A stretch of 63,906 nt of DNA, the filler included, from Neoconidiobolus thromboides FSU 785 (lineage: Eukaryota > Fungi > Entomophthoromycota), in NCBI GenBank assembly GCA_025603075.1. It is 10 parts of 10 records of this genome, joined end to end, with 100 filler letters (N's around TTAATTAATTAA, not from the genome) between each part and the next. Parts side by side here need not be neighbours in the genome. Positions count along the whole stretch, not along the records: positions 3,748 to 22,976 come from MU626562.1; 9 more parts are not named here. One strand, given 5' to 3'. The notes beneath the pieces are model-generated. The model saw only the letters and a list, made by a program, of their open reading frames with translations, searched no databases and was not told the origin of the DNA. Below, piece after piece: positions 10,712 through 23,076 of this stretch. The position numbers were made by a program, and so were the translations under genes. The stretch's first letter is position 1; each line of letters starts with the position of its first letter.

Positions 10712-13249
10712 TTTTCTGCTTTATTCGGTTATTACCACAGGTTTTCCCAAGTGAATATTGATCGATATATTTTAACTTGACAAAAGGTAATTTATGTCTT
10801 CAACTGCTTATTACAATTGTCTAAGAGTAAAATCGTAAAATCGTAAAATACAGTTGATATTTTATTTGAAGTTGTTTCAGTTTTTTAAAAATTAAAAAAA
10901 TTAAAAGTCAAAAAAGTAACAAGATATAAGAGTTTATAGCTTGTTTTAAACTAGCTCTTATAGTAATTTTTATATTAGAGAAGATTTATCCTTTATATAA
11001 TAATTCATGCTAACTATTTCAAAGAATGATATTGATTGAATAGGGTACTTACCATTTTTAATATATGCCTTAAATTTAAAGTATTAAATTTTTAATTTCA
11101 GTAAGGATTTTAAGTTAATTGTTTATAAAATGGTAATTTTAATATTAAATACTAAAAAATATTAGACTTTCTCTTTCTAAGATTAAAAATTACAATTGTT
11201 ATTAGTTAAAAAACACATTCGATCCTCTCTTTTTAAATCAACATAAATTATTCACACATCTTTATTTTTAGTATATAATAGAAAGAAAGCAAATATATTT
11301 TATTAAAAGTGTGATTTGTTCAAATATTAGAATAAGCAATCTTAATTTATTCTTAAAACTGAAACCTTTCGTTTTTCTTATGGTTTAAAACTATTTGATA
11401 TTTTTGAATAATTACAACAGTCACTCAACTTTATTACTCATCGACTTTCCATTGATTTTTTATTCACATTAACAACATCTCGATTTCTAATAATAAAAAT
11501 TGTTAATAATACATTCAATAGTTATAAATTATTATTCAATTTAGGTACTTCAATCCCTCTTCTTTTTATTTCTTTTAATAATACTAAAAAATAACTTCAA
11601 TCAAACTTTCCCACTATAATAGTAAGTCTCAGCTTGGGCTTTTCTCCACTTTAATTTCATAAATCCCCAAGAATTTGTTTTTAACTTGGTAATAAATATC
11701 CATCTATCCACCACATCTTAGCAAATAAAGTAATAATTTCAATAACTTGTAAACAAAAGAGCGATACAATGATTTTAGAAGCCTACAATTCTTATTAAAA
11801 ACCCTTTCATTATTTAAACTACAATTATTCTTAATTTTGAAAAGCAATAAGTTAATATTCGAGAATTAGTTTAATTTAATAATTTACTAAAGAACATAGT
11901 GCTGCATGAGTATGATTTCTAATTAAAAAAACGTTAATTTTAAACCACTTGGGGGCGCTTCCTCCTTCAAGAAATTAAACAAACGTTAATTTAAAAGGAG
12001 GAAGATGTTTAACTAAAAATATTGATAACTTTATACACTATCATAAATATAAGGTTCATTATCCAATCTTATGCCTTTATTTAGAAAATATCTTCGGGAT
12101 TTATGAAATAAAAGCAGAAAAATTAGAAAACGAAATTATATACATCGTTGTGTACATTTGATTTATATTAGTTTACTAAACTTCAAGAAGTTGACTCAGA
12201 TTTATTAAAGTGAATACTAATATCGAAGTTTAAATTAGCTTAAATTAGAGATAAATTAACTTGTTTTGTAATTATCTATTGGTAGTTTTATATTTGCTTT
12301 AAAAACTAGACTACAATGAAAAAATCTAAATAATTTTGTGTCCATGTAAGGCCGTATCCTAATCATTTATTATCAATGAAAATTGGTTTATTTTGAATTT
12401 AATACAAATACCAGTCACTCTATATTTTATTAAACTTTCGGGTTTCTACCGGTTTTTCCATCAATTCAGAAGAGTAAAATAGCAATAACGATAAAGTATG
12501 GAATACAATGGCCAACTTACCGCTTATTACTATATTTTTTATCCATCCTCTTTAAAAAAAATTATCAAGTATTTACAAAAGCTTATGCAGAGTTAGTCTA
12601 TAGATGTAGAGGTATAAGGTTACAGTAGAGAAAAAAATTATTTATAAAATGAAATATCCTTTTTGGTTTCTTCTACTTTTCTATTCTTTACTATTGTTAA
12701 TTGGAACTTTTCTTAGTAAATTCTTAAATAAAAAATATATGCTCAAATAAATTTTATTTCCTGCTAAAATAAATCTTATGTTGCAACCAAGAACATTATT
12801 AATTTTATAAATAATGAAGCTTTCTTTATAGATGTCAAATCCCTTTACCAAAATTCCTCACCCAAAAGCCTCACTTTGAGTTTTCTCTTTTCACTTTAGT
12901 CCCTAAATCAAGAACAATTAGATAATAAGTAATCATTCATGTAATCCGCTCTTAAAATTCCCATAATAATATTGTTATTAATAGCAACTCAAATGACAAA
13001 AATATGTTATTTTTAAAAAATCAATAATTACAAATATAAAACCTTGTTTTTAATCCAACTATAGTTGTTCTTCATTCTATAATAGACAGGTTTGTATCTG
13101 AGAACTACTTTGATTAGAACCTTATTTTTAACTTATATATTTTCACTATCCAACGACTGATGATAATAAAAATAGGATTTTTAAAATTATACATGAGGAA
13201 ATGCTACTAAATTATAAACCTAGTATGATGATGATGGTGCTACATATTC

Positions 13250-14933
13250 ATAAAATAATTACTTCCCCATCATGTTTAGCTAAAAACTGTAGACTGAGGT
13301 AAAAAAGAGCTGGATGGGAGACTATAGGAGCGGGTAGGGATGATTACAGTTAATAAACAATATAGAATATTAGCAATATAATAACTTTGGTAACAAAAAT
13401 CCTTTAAAAAGCAATTATGTTTTTAATAGTTAATTACTATATAAGTAAAGGGAATTCCGCTAAAGTGCAAAGCAACGATGATGATGATTATGTCGCACAT
13501 CTATATAAGGCACTCCTTCACTCCTGATCTTACCCAGTAACTTGTAGATATAAAAAGAGAGGACCATTAATATCTCAGGAGTCATAAAAATTTTCTTTTA
13601 AAGCATTCTTAAAAATATCACCTTTAATTGCATAACGATGGCGGGGATGATGATACTAGATATTCCAAAAAAGTAGCTTTAGTGTCACATTTGGTCAGCA
13701 ATATTAGATTAATATAAAACAGTGGGTATATGTGGTACGGAGAAGGAGGAAGGGTCCAAGAGTGAGTATAACCAATAAACAACATAAAAGAATAATAGTA
13801 TGTACAGTAAATATTTTGATAATTAAAAGGTGTTTTAATAAAGAAACTTATATTAAAGTATAAAATAATGATGAGAACAATAGTAACACATGTTCATATT
13901 TATGAAGAAAAAGCCACTTTTATGTTATGATTAACAAATGATATATACTAAAAATGAAAGAGGGAGTATATGCTGTAGAAAGGAAAGTAAAAAGAGAAGT
14001 TGGGATGACAATAAAAAACTAAGCAAATGCTAACTTATGTAATGAAAATCCTACTGATTAAAAAATTATAAATAGAAAAAGATCTATCAAACTACGAATA
14101 TAATAATGGCTATGATAGTATCATATGTTCATAAAAAAGAATGCTTGCCCAGTAATCACTTATCACCAGTAATCTATAGATATAAAGAAAGAGAGGGTTG
14201 TTAAAGACCCAAGTGTAATAAAGAAATTACTTTCCGAGTACTCTTAATCTCCTACCAAATTATCAATTGATGAAAGTGATCGTGGTGCATATTGTTAGAA
14301 GGAAGACTACCCAATCTTCCCACTTCTACTTTAACTATAGACTGAAAAATCTGAAAGAGAGAAACGGAGAAAGAAGGGTAGGGTGCTGATGTTAGTGATA
14401 TTATAGCTAATAAATAATAAAAAAGTAGTAGCCCATGCAATGAAAATTCTAATAATTAAAAAACACATAAATAAGGAAAACTCCGCTGGATTGAAAGTCA
14501 ATAGAAAAGGGGATATTACTAGATTTTCACAAAAAGAATAATTATTCGATATTCTCCTCAACTACCAATATAACCTAATAAATAAAAAGAGAGGGTGTAT
14601 TCAGTATACTTAGTAGAGGGGAAAGTGGAAAAGAGAGGTAACAAGCAAAAGTATAACTGTTAAAAAATTGAAAAAAAACCAACACAGGTAATAGGATATG
14701 TAATAAAAGATCCAAATAATTAAAAACATTATAAATAAGGAAATTTTCATTAAAGTACAAATCGATAATAATGATAATGCACATTCATGACAAAATGCTC
14801 TTTTATTATAGTTGACTAGCGACAATAAAGATAAACAAAAATAAAGGATATATGCGGATATGTCAAAAAAAGGATATATATTCATGGTTATATTTATTAT
14901 TAAAATTAATACAGGGGAAAAAGATATAAACAC
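13250..14933 (-). pseudogene. Decayed tandem array of at least three related hydrophobic coding units
   Basis: Recurring anchors TAGATATAAA(G)AAAGAGAGG near 13545, 14177 and 14581; AAGG(G/A)AA(T/A)(T/C)TCCGCT near 13448 and 14473; AATGAAAAT(C/T)CTA(C/A)T near 14041 and 14439. Only short hydrophobic ORFs with stops and frameshifts. Confidence 0.45.
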
Positions 14934-15353
14934 GTGTGCATTTATTATTTAAGAACAATGGTAAAATAATTTGCATTGACCCTCCAATTTTTTAAATTCC
15001 TATAATTACTATTATAAACATTATAAATCATATAAATATAGTAAAAATAATTTAAAAAATTGAGTGATTTATATATGCTTTCATTTAAAAAATGAAAATA
15101 ACAAATAGCCGCCTTTAGAAGCATATTTTAATACCAAAAAAGTAGCCGCTATGACAAAGATATACATATTCTCATTGACTGATAACTAATGTAATATTTC
15201 AAATCAACTCGAATGAGTAGTATAGCATATTACAAAATAGTATCTACCATTGACACAATTGAAGATGTCCTCATTCACTAACATATCAAACTAATCCTAT
15301 AAATTGAGTAATAACTAGTATTTTCTATTCCTACACATTCCATTGCTCTTTCT

Positions 15354-17366
15354 CTAAATCAAAAACTCAATTTGGTTTAAAAATTCTTTAACAATTGGTG
15401 AAAACTTTTGATATTTCTTTAGAAACATAACCCCATTTTCAACTAACTCTTCTATACTAACACCCTTCATTCTGTTCCCATTTTCCGTTTCTTTCTCCTT
15501 ATCCATCCCCCTTATTCCATCCGCATATTTCCTTAAATAATTCAAAGTTAAACAAGCTAATGATATAGCATAAAAAGAATACGTTGAATATGATATTAAA
15601 AACTGATGGCTTTGCTCATTTGCTAAAGAGTTAATTATTAATTCTGAGCTGATATAGGCTAACTCATAATATTTCCTAAAATTCTTCTCATTCTTTGGCG
15701 TCTTATTATTCTTGTTATTATCATAGTACTTTAAATATGGTAAGATTAAGTTGAGTATAATACTTTCCTTTACTAGTATCAGGAAGATCATCAAAGGCTG
15801 ATTCAAGTCCATAACCCAGTTTGGTTGATTATATGTTATCTTCAATAATTGTTGATTATAATTTTTAAATATGGATTGGTTTAATTGTATCATCTTCTCT
15901 ATCTTATTATAAATCTCCTGCTTGTCTTGTGTTATAGTATATTTTTTTTCTAGTAAATCATGATATCCTATTAAATCACACAGTTTAGCAAGGGTTATTG
16001 AATATAGGGAAGAGAGTGTATCTCGAACTAAAATAAATTGAGATTGCGTTGGGTTTGATAAAGGTAGTCGAATGTTTTCTAAATCCTTACTAAAACTTGG
16101 ATAATTTAATTTCCAATCGCCGCAAATTATAGATGAATTACGATTTAATAAAAAGATCTTTAATTTATCTTGTATAAAAATAGATAAATATAAATTAAAT
16201 CTTAATCTTCTTTCTCTCCTATTGAATTTTCTGGAATTAAATGGGAGATAATTTAAACCTAATAAATTACTATAAATACTATTCATATTAAATAAAATCC
16301 AAATGAATTTTAGTTTTAATTTAATCTTAAATTGTAAAATTAAACTGATACAGATTGTTACTATTAAACTTGGTTTTAGGAATCGTTGATTAAATTCAAT
16401 CGTTATCAGATTTAACAGTTCATTAACAATATTTTCGTAAACTTCTTCATCTATTTTACTACTATGGCCAATATATCTCGCTCCTATTGTGGCTACAATT
16501 TTGATTAATAATGGATCGGGGTGTTCATTTAAAAATTGCTCATCAATTATTGGGTACAAGATACAAAAGTTATAGAAATAATGATTAATACATAAATTAA
16601 TATACTGCAATTTAAAATATTGATTTTCCATAAACAGTATCCGATTCTTATTCACTAATTTATTTAATATTTCTTTGATACGTAGTATATTAAAATTATG
16701 GCTATTATTGTATATCATTATATTTCTCTCTATACTCTCATTGTTATTGCTTCCATTTTTTAAATTAATATTATTGTTTGGTGTCCTTCCGCTATCCTCT
16801 ATCCTCCTTTCCCTTTTCAACTGATTTAAACTAAGATAATTTAATATCAAAGTTCCTGCTGGACTGAATCCTAAATATTCCAATTTTCCATCGAATCTTA
16901 AATATATTTTTAAACTAAAATCATCGATCCCACTCTTTTGAATCATGTATCTTAATATTATTTCTTTATTATTCGATAATTCTTGACGTTGATTTAAGAT
17001 AATCATATTGCTATTTTCATTCTTATTCTTCTCGTTTTCTTTATGAATCCGATTCTCCTTCTTCCTCCCATCTTCCTTCTTTTTATTACTCTCTTTTTCC
17101 TTATTCCCATATCGCATCTTACTCACCATAAACCCACCCTCTTTCTTCTTAACACTAATTACTTCGCTATCTTCCCTTAAGTAACTACAGCTGATATCTC
17201 TCTTCTGACATTCAATACATGTTGGCAGAAGTTTATCACACTTTCGTTTATTTCGACTACAATTTTTACAATAAAATCGAGCTTTATAAACATTGTTAGT
17301 GAAAGTGATCTCGTGGGAAGAAATAACGGAAGAGGGGAATTGAGTACTGTAGAATAAAGGGTTCAT
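15354..17366 (-). CDS. Zn(II)2Cys6 fungal transcription factor
   Basis: CKNCSRNKRKCDKLLPTCIECQKRDISC binuclear cluster, and a middle-homology region (YPIID...ERRLRFNLYLSIFIQDK). Confidence 0.9.
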   Translation of the reverse strand: MNPLFYSTQFPSSVISSHEITFTNNVYKARFYCKNCSRNKRKCDKLLPTCIECQKRDISCSYLREDSEVISVKKKEGGFMVSKMRYGNKEKESNKKKEDGRKKENRIHKENEKNKNENSNMIILNQRQELSNNKEIILRYMIQKSGIDDFSLKIYLRFDGKLEYLGFSPAGTLILNYLSLNQLKRERRIEDSGRTPNNNINLKNGSNNNESIERNIMIYNNSHNFNILRIKEILNKLVNKNRILFMENQYFKLQYINLCINHYFYNFCILYPIIDEQFLNEHPDPLLIKIVATIGARYIGHSSKIDEEVYENIVNELLNLITIEFNQRFLKPSLIVTICISLILQFKIKLKLKFIWILFNMNSIYSNLLGLNYLPFNSRKFNRRERRLRFNLYLSIFIQDKLKIFLLNRNSSIICGDWKLNYPSFSKDLENIRLPLSNPTQSQFILVRDTLSSLYSITLAKLCDLIGYHDLLEKKYTITQDKQEIYNKIEKMIQLNQSIFKNYNQQLLKITYNQPNWVMDLNQPLMIFLILVKESIILNLILPYLKYYDNNKNNKTPKNEKNFRKYYELAYISSELIINSLANEQSHQFLISYSTYSFYAISLACLTLNYLRKYADGIRGMDKEKETENGNRMKGVSIEELVENGVMFLKKYQKFSPIVKEFLNQIEFLI

Positions 17367-18391
17367 ATGAGTGTACTCGTATGATTTGTACTAGATGGAT
17401 TGTATGTTTGTATAGCTAAGTATTGATTGGCTATGAATTATATAGAATCTGAATTGATTTAGAATGATAGATTTAAAGTGATTGTATTATTTAATGAAAC
17501 TAAACTTTAATGAAAAAATAGGAAAAAAAAGTATTTATAAGTGAATTTTTTTGGATGATAAAGTTTAGCCTGGTTTACTTTAATTAATTGGCTTAAATTT
17601 CAAAGCTTAGAAAAAGTTATTCTTTTAACTAGTTTAAAAATTCATACGTAAATCTATTCTAGCTCTTTTAAGAACTGATTTTGACTGTATTCAAGAAAAA
17701 TCTAATGCCCAAATTTGATCACAATATAATAACAAGCGTTTAAAAAATCAGCAGGACAAATATTTTAATAGTAAAACAACTGCTAGCTAGTTCAAAAATA
17801 ACTGTAACAGCTATATTTAGACTAGAATTTTATCATTGGGGATTGAGGCATTGACAATGCTCTTTACTCTATTAATTTGATTATAGTATATCTCTTTTAT
17901 CATATCCATATCTACTTAATTTTTGAATTTTTGAATTTTTGAATGTCTTTTCATGTTTATTTTAAAAAATAAACACTACTTGAAAGTCTCATCGTTTTAA
18001 TAGAGGAAGTATGTTCTAAAAAAATAGCTGCTAATTTGAAGATGGAATTTATTATTAAGGTTGGTTTGTTTAGTAGTAGCTTTTTAAGGGGAAATATCGA
18101 CTTATTAACGAATTTTAGTGATTGTTAAAGTGAATGGATTATTTATTATTAAAAACTGTTGAAACTAAAAATAAATTATGAAAGAGATGAGATGAGAGTG
18201 AAATGTTAGAGATAAAGTAAGAGATGCAATATGTTGTAATATTTTATTATTATTTTCAATTAAAGTTATATTGAAAATAATAAGATTAATAAGTAAAAAA
18301 AACAAGATACTAATTTTAATAAAAGACATAATAAAAAATAAACAAGTTCATTAATTCACGAAACAAAAAAATTATTTATTTCCAACATAAT

Positions 18392-19582
18392 CTACCTAAC
18401 CAAAAACTTCTTATCCATATTAACTAGCGCAAGTGTCAATTGTTCTGGCTTAATAGCCATCAACGCATTCAAGTCCTCATCGTTAGCCAATTGAAATAAT
18501 TTATTGTTTTCTCTTTTAAAGACTAACAACTTATTTTGAATTTCACTTACACACGAATATGAGTTTCTAAGAAATTTAGCTCTAATTTTATAAACCAAAT
18601 CATTGTAATGAATAGATCTATTCACTCTAAGAGAAACGATTTGATCTTTATTGAGTACAACTTTGACTTTGATCTTTTCATTTGGTATTAATTTATCCAT
18701 ACTCATTTCAAAATCTCTCATACGAATACCTCTCTCTCCTAATAACATACGGGATCTCCTTTTGATCATTATTGGCTTTAAATTCGAAATGATCTCTTGT
18801 TCTTTTTTTTCTAAATTTTTAATATTCCATGGGGCAATAACTCCGTTTAAATTAGCTTCTTCTTCTCTTTTGTTCCATGGAGCTGGGTTGAGGGATTCTA
18901 TTGAGGCAGTAGAGGATTTTCGAGATAAGGGCTCAATGGTTGTACGTTGACGTTGGAATAAGGATTTCGAACGTAAAAGTATTGGGTTGGTTGATAAGGT
19001 ACGTTTAAGTTGTGGTAAATTATCTAATTTCTCAGAAGTAAAAGGAGTAACGATAGTAGAAGTAAGATCATCAACGGATTGAGTAGTAGTAGTAAGAGGT
19101 GTGATGTTGTCGGTCTCAGTGTATTTTTTTGAACTCTTATTTTTTAAAGTATGAGATCTCTTTAAACCAATTTGATCTAATTTAAAGCTATTTAAATCTT
19201 GATCTTTTTCGTTTAGACCAAAAAATTGACGGATGGATTCTTCGTTTAATAATTGCTTATCTAAACAATTAAATTTTTGTAAATATCTGTCAATCTCTTC
19301 ATACTTCTGTAAGGAGGACATAAAACAAATAGTTAGGAAATATTTAGCTGGCTTAATTGTGGATAATTGACATTGTTTTGAGATTTGATTAGAGAACTTA
19401 ACAAATTGAGAGAATGTACGTTTGATAAAATAAGACTTTGTAGGGAGGTGGGAATAATTGGACGTAACTACAATAGTAAACCATAAATGATCATTTGCTT
19501 TTTCAAAGCCACAGATATTAGCATTGAAATTGATTGGGGCGACCATCTCTACCTTTGGAGTAGTTAAAGATTGGAATAACAT
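18392..19582 (-). CDS. PX-domain / PB1-domain protein
   Basis: N-terminal WFTIVV...IKRTFSQFVKFSNQI...IDRYLQ...IRQFF fits PX; C-terminal IKVKVVLNKDQIVSLRV...QLANDEDLNALM fits PB1. Confidence 0.7.
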   Translation of the reverse strand: MLFQSLTTPKVEMVAPINFNANICGFEKANDHLWFTIVVTSNYSHLPTKSYFIKRTFSQFVKFSNQISKQCQLSTIKPAKYFLTICFMSSLQKYEEIDRYLQKFNCLDKQLLNEESIRQFFGLNEKDQDLNSFKLDQIGLKRSHTLKNKSSKKYTETDNITPLTTTTQSVDDLTSTIVTPFTSEKLDNLPQLKRTLSTNPILLRSKSLFQRQRTTIEPLSRKSSTASIESLNPAPWNKREEEANLNGVIAPWNIKNLEKKEQEIISNLKPIMIKRRSRMLLGERGIRMRDFEMSMDKLIPNEKIKVKVVLNKDQIVSLRVNRSIHYNDLVYKIRAKFLRNSYSCVSEIQNKLLVFKRENNKLFQLANDEDLNALMAIKPEQLTLALVNMDKKFLVR

Positions 19583-20446
19583 GATTATTGGGATATTAGT
19601 TAAATATATATTATAAGATTAGGAAGAGGATAATTAAAAGGAATATAAAAATAAAGAAAAATAATCAATATTCTAATTTATAACTAAGTCTTATAACAAC
19701 ATGGAAAAACTAAATATAAAAATAAAAGTTGGGAACTTAAAAGAACTAGAGCTTATTAAGTTAAATATTCTTATTTTTAAAAAGTATTAGTTTTTATAAT
19801 TGTTATTAATATTAATGAAGTTAAATTTAAAAAAAGAGTGAAGAATAATAGACATCATTAAGCATTCTTTATATAGTTTTATTATATTGAGTTGAGTTGT
19901 TATTGAAATAAAAAGTTGAAACTTTTGATTAAAAATAATCTTGAAATTAATGAGAGTTTTATAACTAAATTACTCAACTATCTAAGTTAAAACGGTTAAA
20001 AAAATTACAAATCAATCGAACATTTGAAAATTAACCAGGTTTTTTTAATTTGATTTTAAACTTTTTGTTAAGTTAACTTTATTTAGTTATTTTGTATTTT
20101 ATTTATAATTTTATATTTTATTTTTAATTTATTGTATTAACTATATTTAATTTTAATCATTTTGCCATAAAATAGACATATTATTTCTACTCGTATTTAA
20201 CTTCCAGTATATAAAAGCTCATTGAAACGAAATAAAAGATTAAAATTCAAATGTTAGGACTTGACAGCTAGTCACGTTTCAGTTAAATATGTTAATGAAC
20301 CAATCAATTTCTTTAAATCAATTAGTTCTCCAGATAATTGATTCTACTGATGAAAAAAACATTTCATCAAGATTTAAAAAAAGTATAAAAGAGGCTGATA
20401 ATCTAAAAGCATCATCTATTTTTTTTCAATCACATAAATCCAAACT

Positions 20447-22045
20447 ATGAGCAAAAATTATTATTCCATTGAAGATGTAAGTAATCACAATACTGAGAAA
20501 GATTGTTGGATTATTGTACATAATAAAGTTTACAATATGACTCCATTTTTAAATGAACATCCAGGTGGTAAAAAAGTTGTTTTAAAAGTAGCTGGTCAAG
20601 ATGCAAGTAAACAATTTGATACTTTTCATAACCAAGCTATCTTAGATAAATACACCCCAAAGTTAATGATTGGTATAATTGGTGAAAATAATAATAGTAA
20701 CCGTGAAGAAGAACTAGTAGTAAGTAATGAAGAAGAAGAAGATTCGGATAAGATCGGCTTTGGAGATATGGTACCATTTGGAGATCCAATGTGGTATCAA
20801 GATTTTGATTCACCTTATTATAAAGATCATCACCGTAATGTACGTAAAGAAATGAGGGAATTTGTCAATAAACATATCGAGCCTTACTGTTTTGAATGGG
20901 ATGAAGCTAAAAAAGTACCAATGTCTTTATTTAAATTATGCGCTGATAATGGTATCTTAGCTATTATCTGTGGTTCTCCATTCCCTAAAAAGTATTATAC
21001 TGGTCGTCTTATTGGGGGTCTTCAACCTGAACAAGTTGATTCTTTTGTTGAATTTATCATCTGTGATGAATTATCTAGATGTGGCTCAGGTGGTGTTTTA
21101 TGGTTTTTGATTGGTGGATTTGGTATCGGTTTACCACCTGTAATTCAATTTGGTAGTGAAGAATTGAAGGATCGTATAGTACCAGGATGTGTTAATGGAA
21201 ATAAAAGTATTTGCCTAGCTGTCACTGAACCATATGCTGGATCGGATGTAGCTAACCTAAAATGCACTGCTAAAAAGACAACAGACGGTAAGCATTATAT
21301 TGTTAATGGCGAAAAGAAATGGATTACCAATGGTGTATTTGCTGATTATTTTACCGTTGCTGTACGTACTGGTGGTGAAGGTATGAATGGAGTTTCTTTA
21401 CTTTTAATTGAAAAAGATATGCCAGGAGTTAAAACCCGTCAAATGAACTGTTCCGGTGTATGGGCCTCCGGTACCACTTATATTACTTTTGAAGATGTCA
21501 AAGTACCAGTCAATAATTTAATTGGTAAAGAAAATAAAGGATTCAAGTATATTATGTTCAATTTCAATCACGAAAGAATGGGTATCTGTATCCAAGCCAA
21601 TAGGTTTGCACGTGTATGCTATGAAGAAGCTTTAAAATATGCTCATAAACGTTCTACCTTTGGTAAAAAATTAATAGACCATCCAGTCATTCGTAATAAG
21701 TTTGCTCATATGGCCCGTCATATTGAAGCTACTCATGCTTGGATGGAGTCTTTAATTCACCAAACTTGTATCATGTCCAAAGATTTACAAGCCTTAAGAT
21801 TAGGTGGTCCAATTGCTTTGTTAAAAGCCCAATCTACTCAAACCTTTGAATTATGTGCTAGAGAAGCAGCTCAAGTATTTGGTGGATTAGCTTATACACG
21901 TGGTGGACAAGGTGAAAAAGTAGAAAGACTATATCGTGAAGTTAGGGCCTATGCTATTCCAGGTGGTTCTGAAGAAATCATGTTGGATTTGGGTATGCGT
22001 CAATCTATTAAGGTTCATAAAGCTATGTTGAATGCTAAGCTTTGA
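20447..22045 (+). CDS. Acyl-CoA dehydrogenase with N-terminal cytochrome b5 domain
   Basis: Heme motif HPGG within YNMTPFLNEHPGGKK; ACAD motifs AVTEPYAGSD, NGEKKWITNG, FNHER, QVFGG and IPGGSEEIM. Confidence 0.95.
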   Translation: MSKNYYSIEDVSNHNTEKDCWIIVHNKVYNMTPFLNEHPGGKKVVLKVAGQDASKQFDTFHNQAILDKYTPKLMIGIIGENNNSNREEELVVSNEEEEDSDKIGFGDMVPFGDPMWYQDFDSPYYKDHHRNVRKEMREFVNKHIEPYCFEWDEAKKVPMSLFKLCADNGILAIICGSPFPKKYYTGRLIGGLQPEQVDSFVEFIICDELSRCGSGGVLWFLIGGFGIGLPPVIQFGSEELKDRIVPGCVNGNKSICLAVTEPYAGSDVANLKCTAKKTTDGKHYIVNGEKKWITNGVFADYFTVAVRTGGEGMNGVSLLLIEKDMPGVKTRQMNCSGVWASGTTYITFEDVKVPVNNLIGKENKGFKYIMFNFNHERMGICIQANRFARVCYEEALKYAHKRSTFGKKLIDHPVIRNKFAHMARHIEATHAWMESLIHQTCIMSKDLQALRLGGPIALLKAQSTQTFELCAREAAQVFGGLAYTRGGQGEKVERLYREVRAYAIPGGSEEIMLDLGMRQSIKVHKAMLNAKL

Positions 22046-22225
22046 TAAGATATTTATAATAGGGTTTTATTATATTTATTAAATGAGATTTATACATTAT
22101 TAATTTTGACTTGCAGTTTTTGGTTTGTATGTTTTATATAATTAGTATAAATGATAGCATTTGATATAAAATTTTAGTTATTAATATTGTCAGTGCTTAA
22201 AATTATAAAAATAACTAGGATATAT

Positions 22226-22318
22226 GGGAATATATTTTTTTGTTTAAGAATTTTATTAACAATCTACTCAAATAGCGCTTAAAAATGGAAAAGGTGATGA
22301 AATAAAAAGAATATTCTC
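22226..22318 (-). mobile_element. MITE copy
   Basis: Family core CTCAAATAGCGCTTAAAAATGGAAAA; ends slightly decayed. Confidence 0.8.
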
Positions 22319-22514
22319 ATTCTACTCACTTTTTTATTAAATTATTATAAGCTTTTTTTCTAACTTCTAGCTTCCTGTAATTAATACAAAACAACCAGGC
22401 TTTAAACATTGAATTTATAATATAAATACATGTATTATTTCTAAAAAGTTACGATGTAAATTTGTAAATTTTTAAGAAAATTTGTATATTTGAAAATGGT
22501 AGAAAAATTTAAAT

Positions 22515-22612
22515 GAGGATGTTTCTTTTGGCTTCATTACTTTTTTATATCTCTTAAGTGCTATTCGAGTAAAAAGATTCTTAGCAAAATTATCAAACAA
22601 AAATACATCCCT
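22515..22612 (+). mobile_element. MITE copy
   Basis: Flanks AAAT/AAAT. Confidence 0.85.
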
Positions 22613-22898
22613 AAATGTTATTTTATTATAAACAATTAAGTCTAATACTAAAAAAGTAATTTCCATCTATCCAATATTTGTTTTCAATGATTTTTCCTGA
22701 TTTTTTACCAAGTTTTAAAAATACTAATTTACGCTATATCTACTTTGTATTTTAGAAACAGCTATTTTATCAAAATTAAGGTATAAACAGTTTTCAAACT
22801 AGAAAAATTCATGATAATATAAAAGAGATATTAACATTTATTAAAAGCTAAACAAATTCAAAATAACAAATATCAAATTCGTTATTTCTCATCTCCAC

Positions 22899-22976
22899 TT
22901 ATTCATGACAAGCATAAGAAACGATATCAAATCCTTGCCAGTTTTGAGAAGCACCAGCATTACAATCAGGCATAGC
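22899..22976 (-). CDS. C-terminal fragment of an unknown Cys-containing protein; 5' part lost in gap
   Basis: Translation AMPDCNAGASQNWQGFDIVSYACHE*; higher GC than the flanks; second copy of the tail at 3748. Confidence 0.55.
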   Translation of the reverse strand, partial: AMPDCNAGASQNWQGFDIVSYACHE

Positions 22977-23076
22977 NNNNNNNNNNNNNNNNNNNNNNNN
23001 NNNNNNNNNNNNNNNNNNNNTTAATTAATTAANNNNNNNNNNNNNNNNNNNNNNNNNNNNNNNNNNNNNNNNNNNN

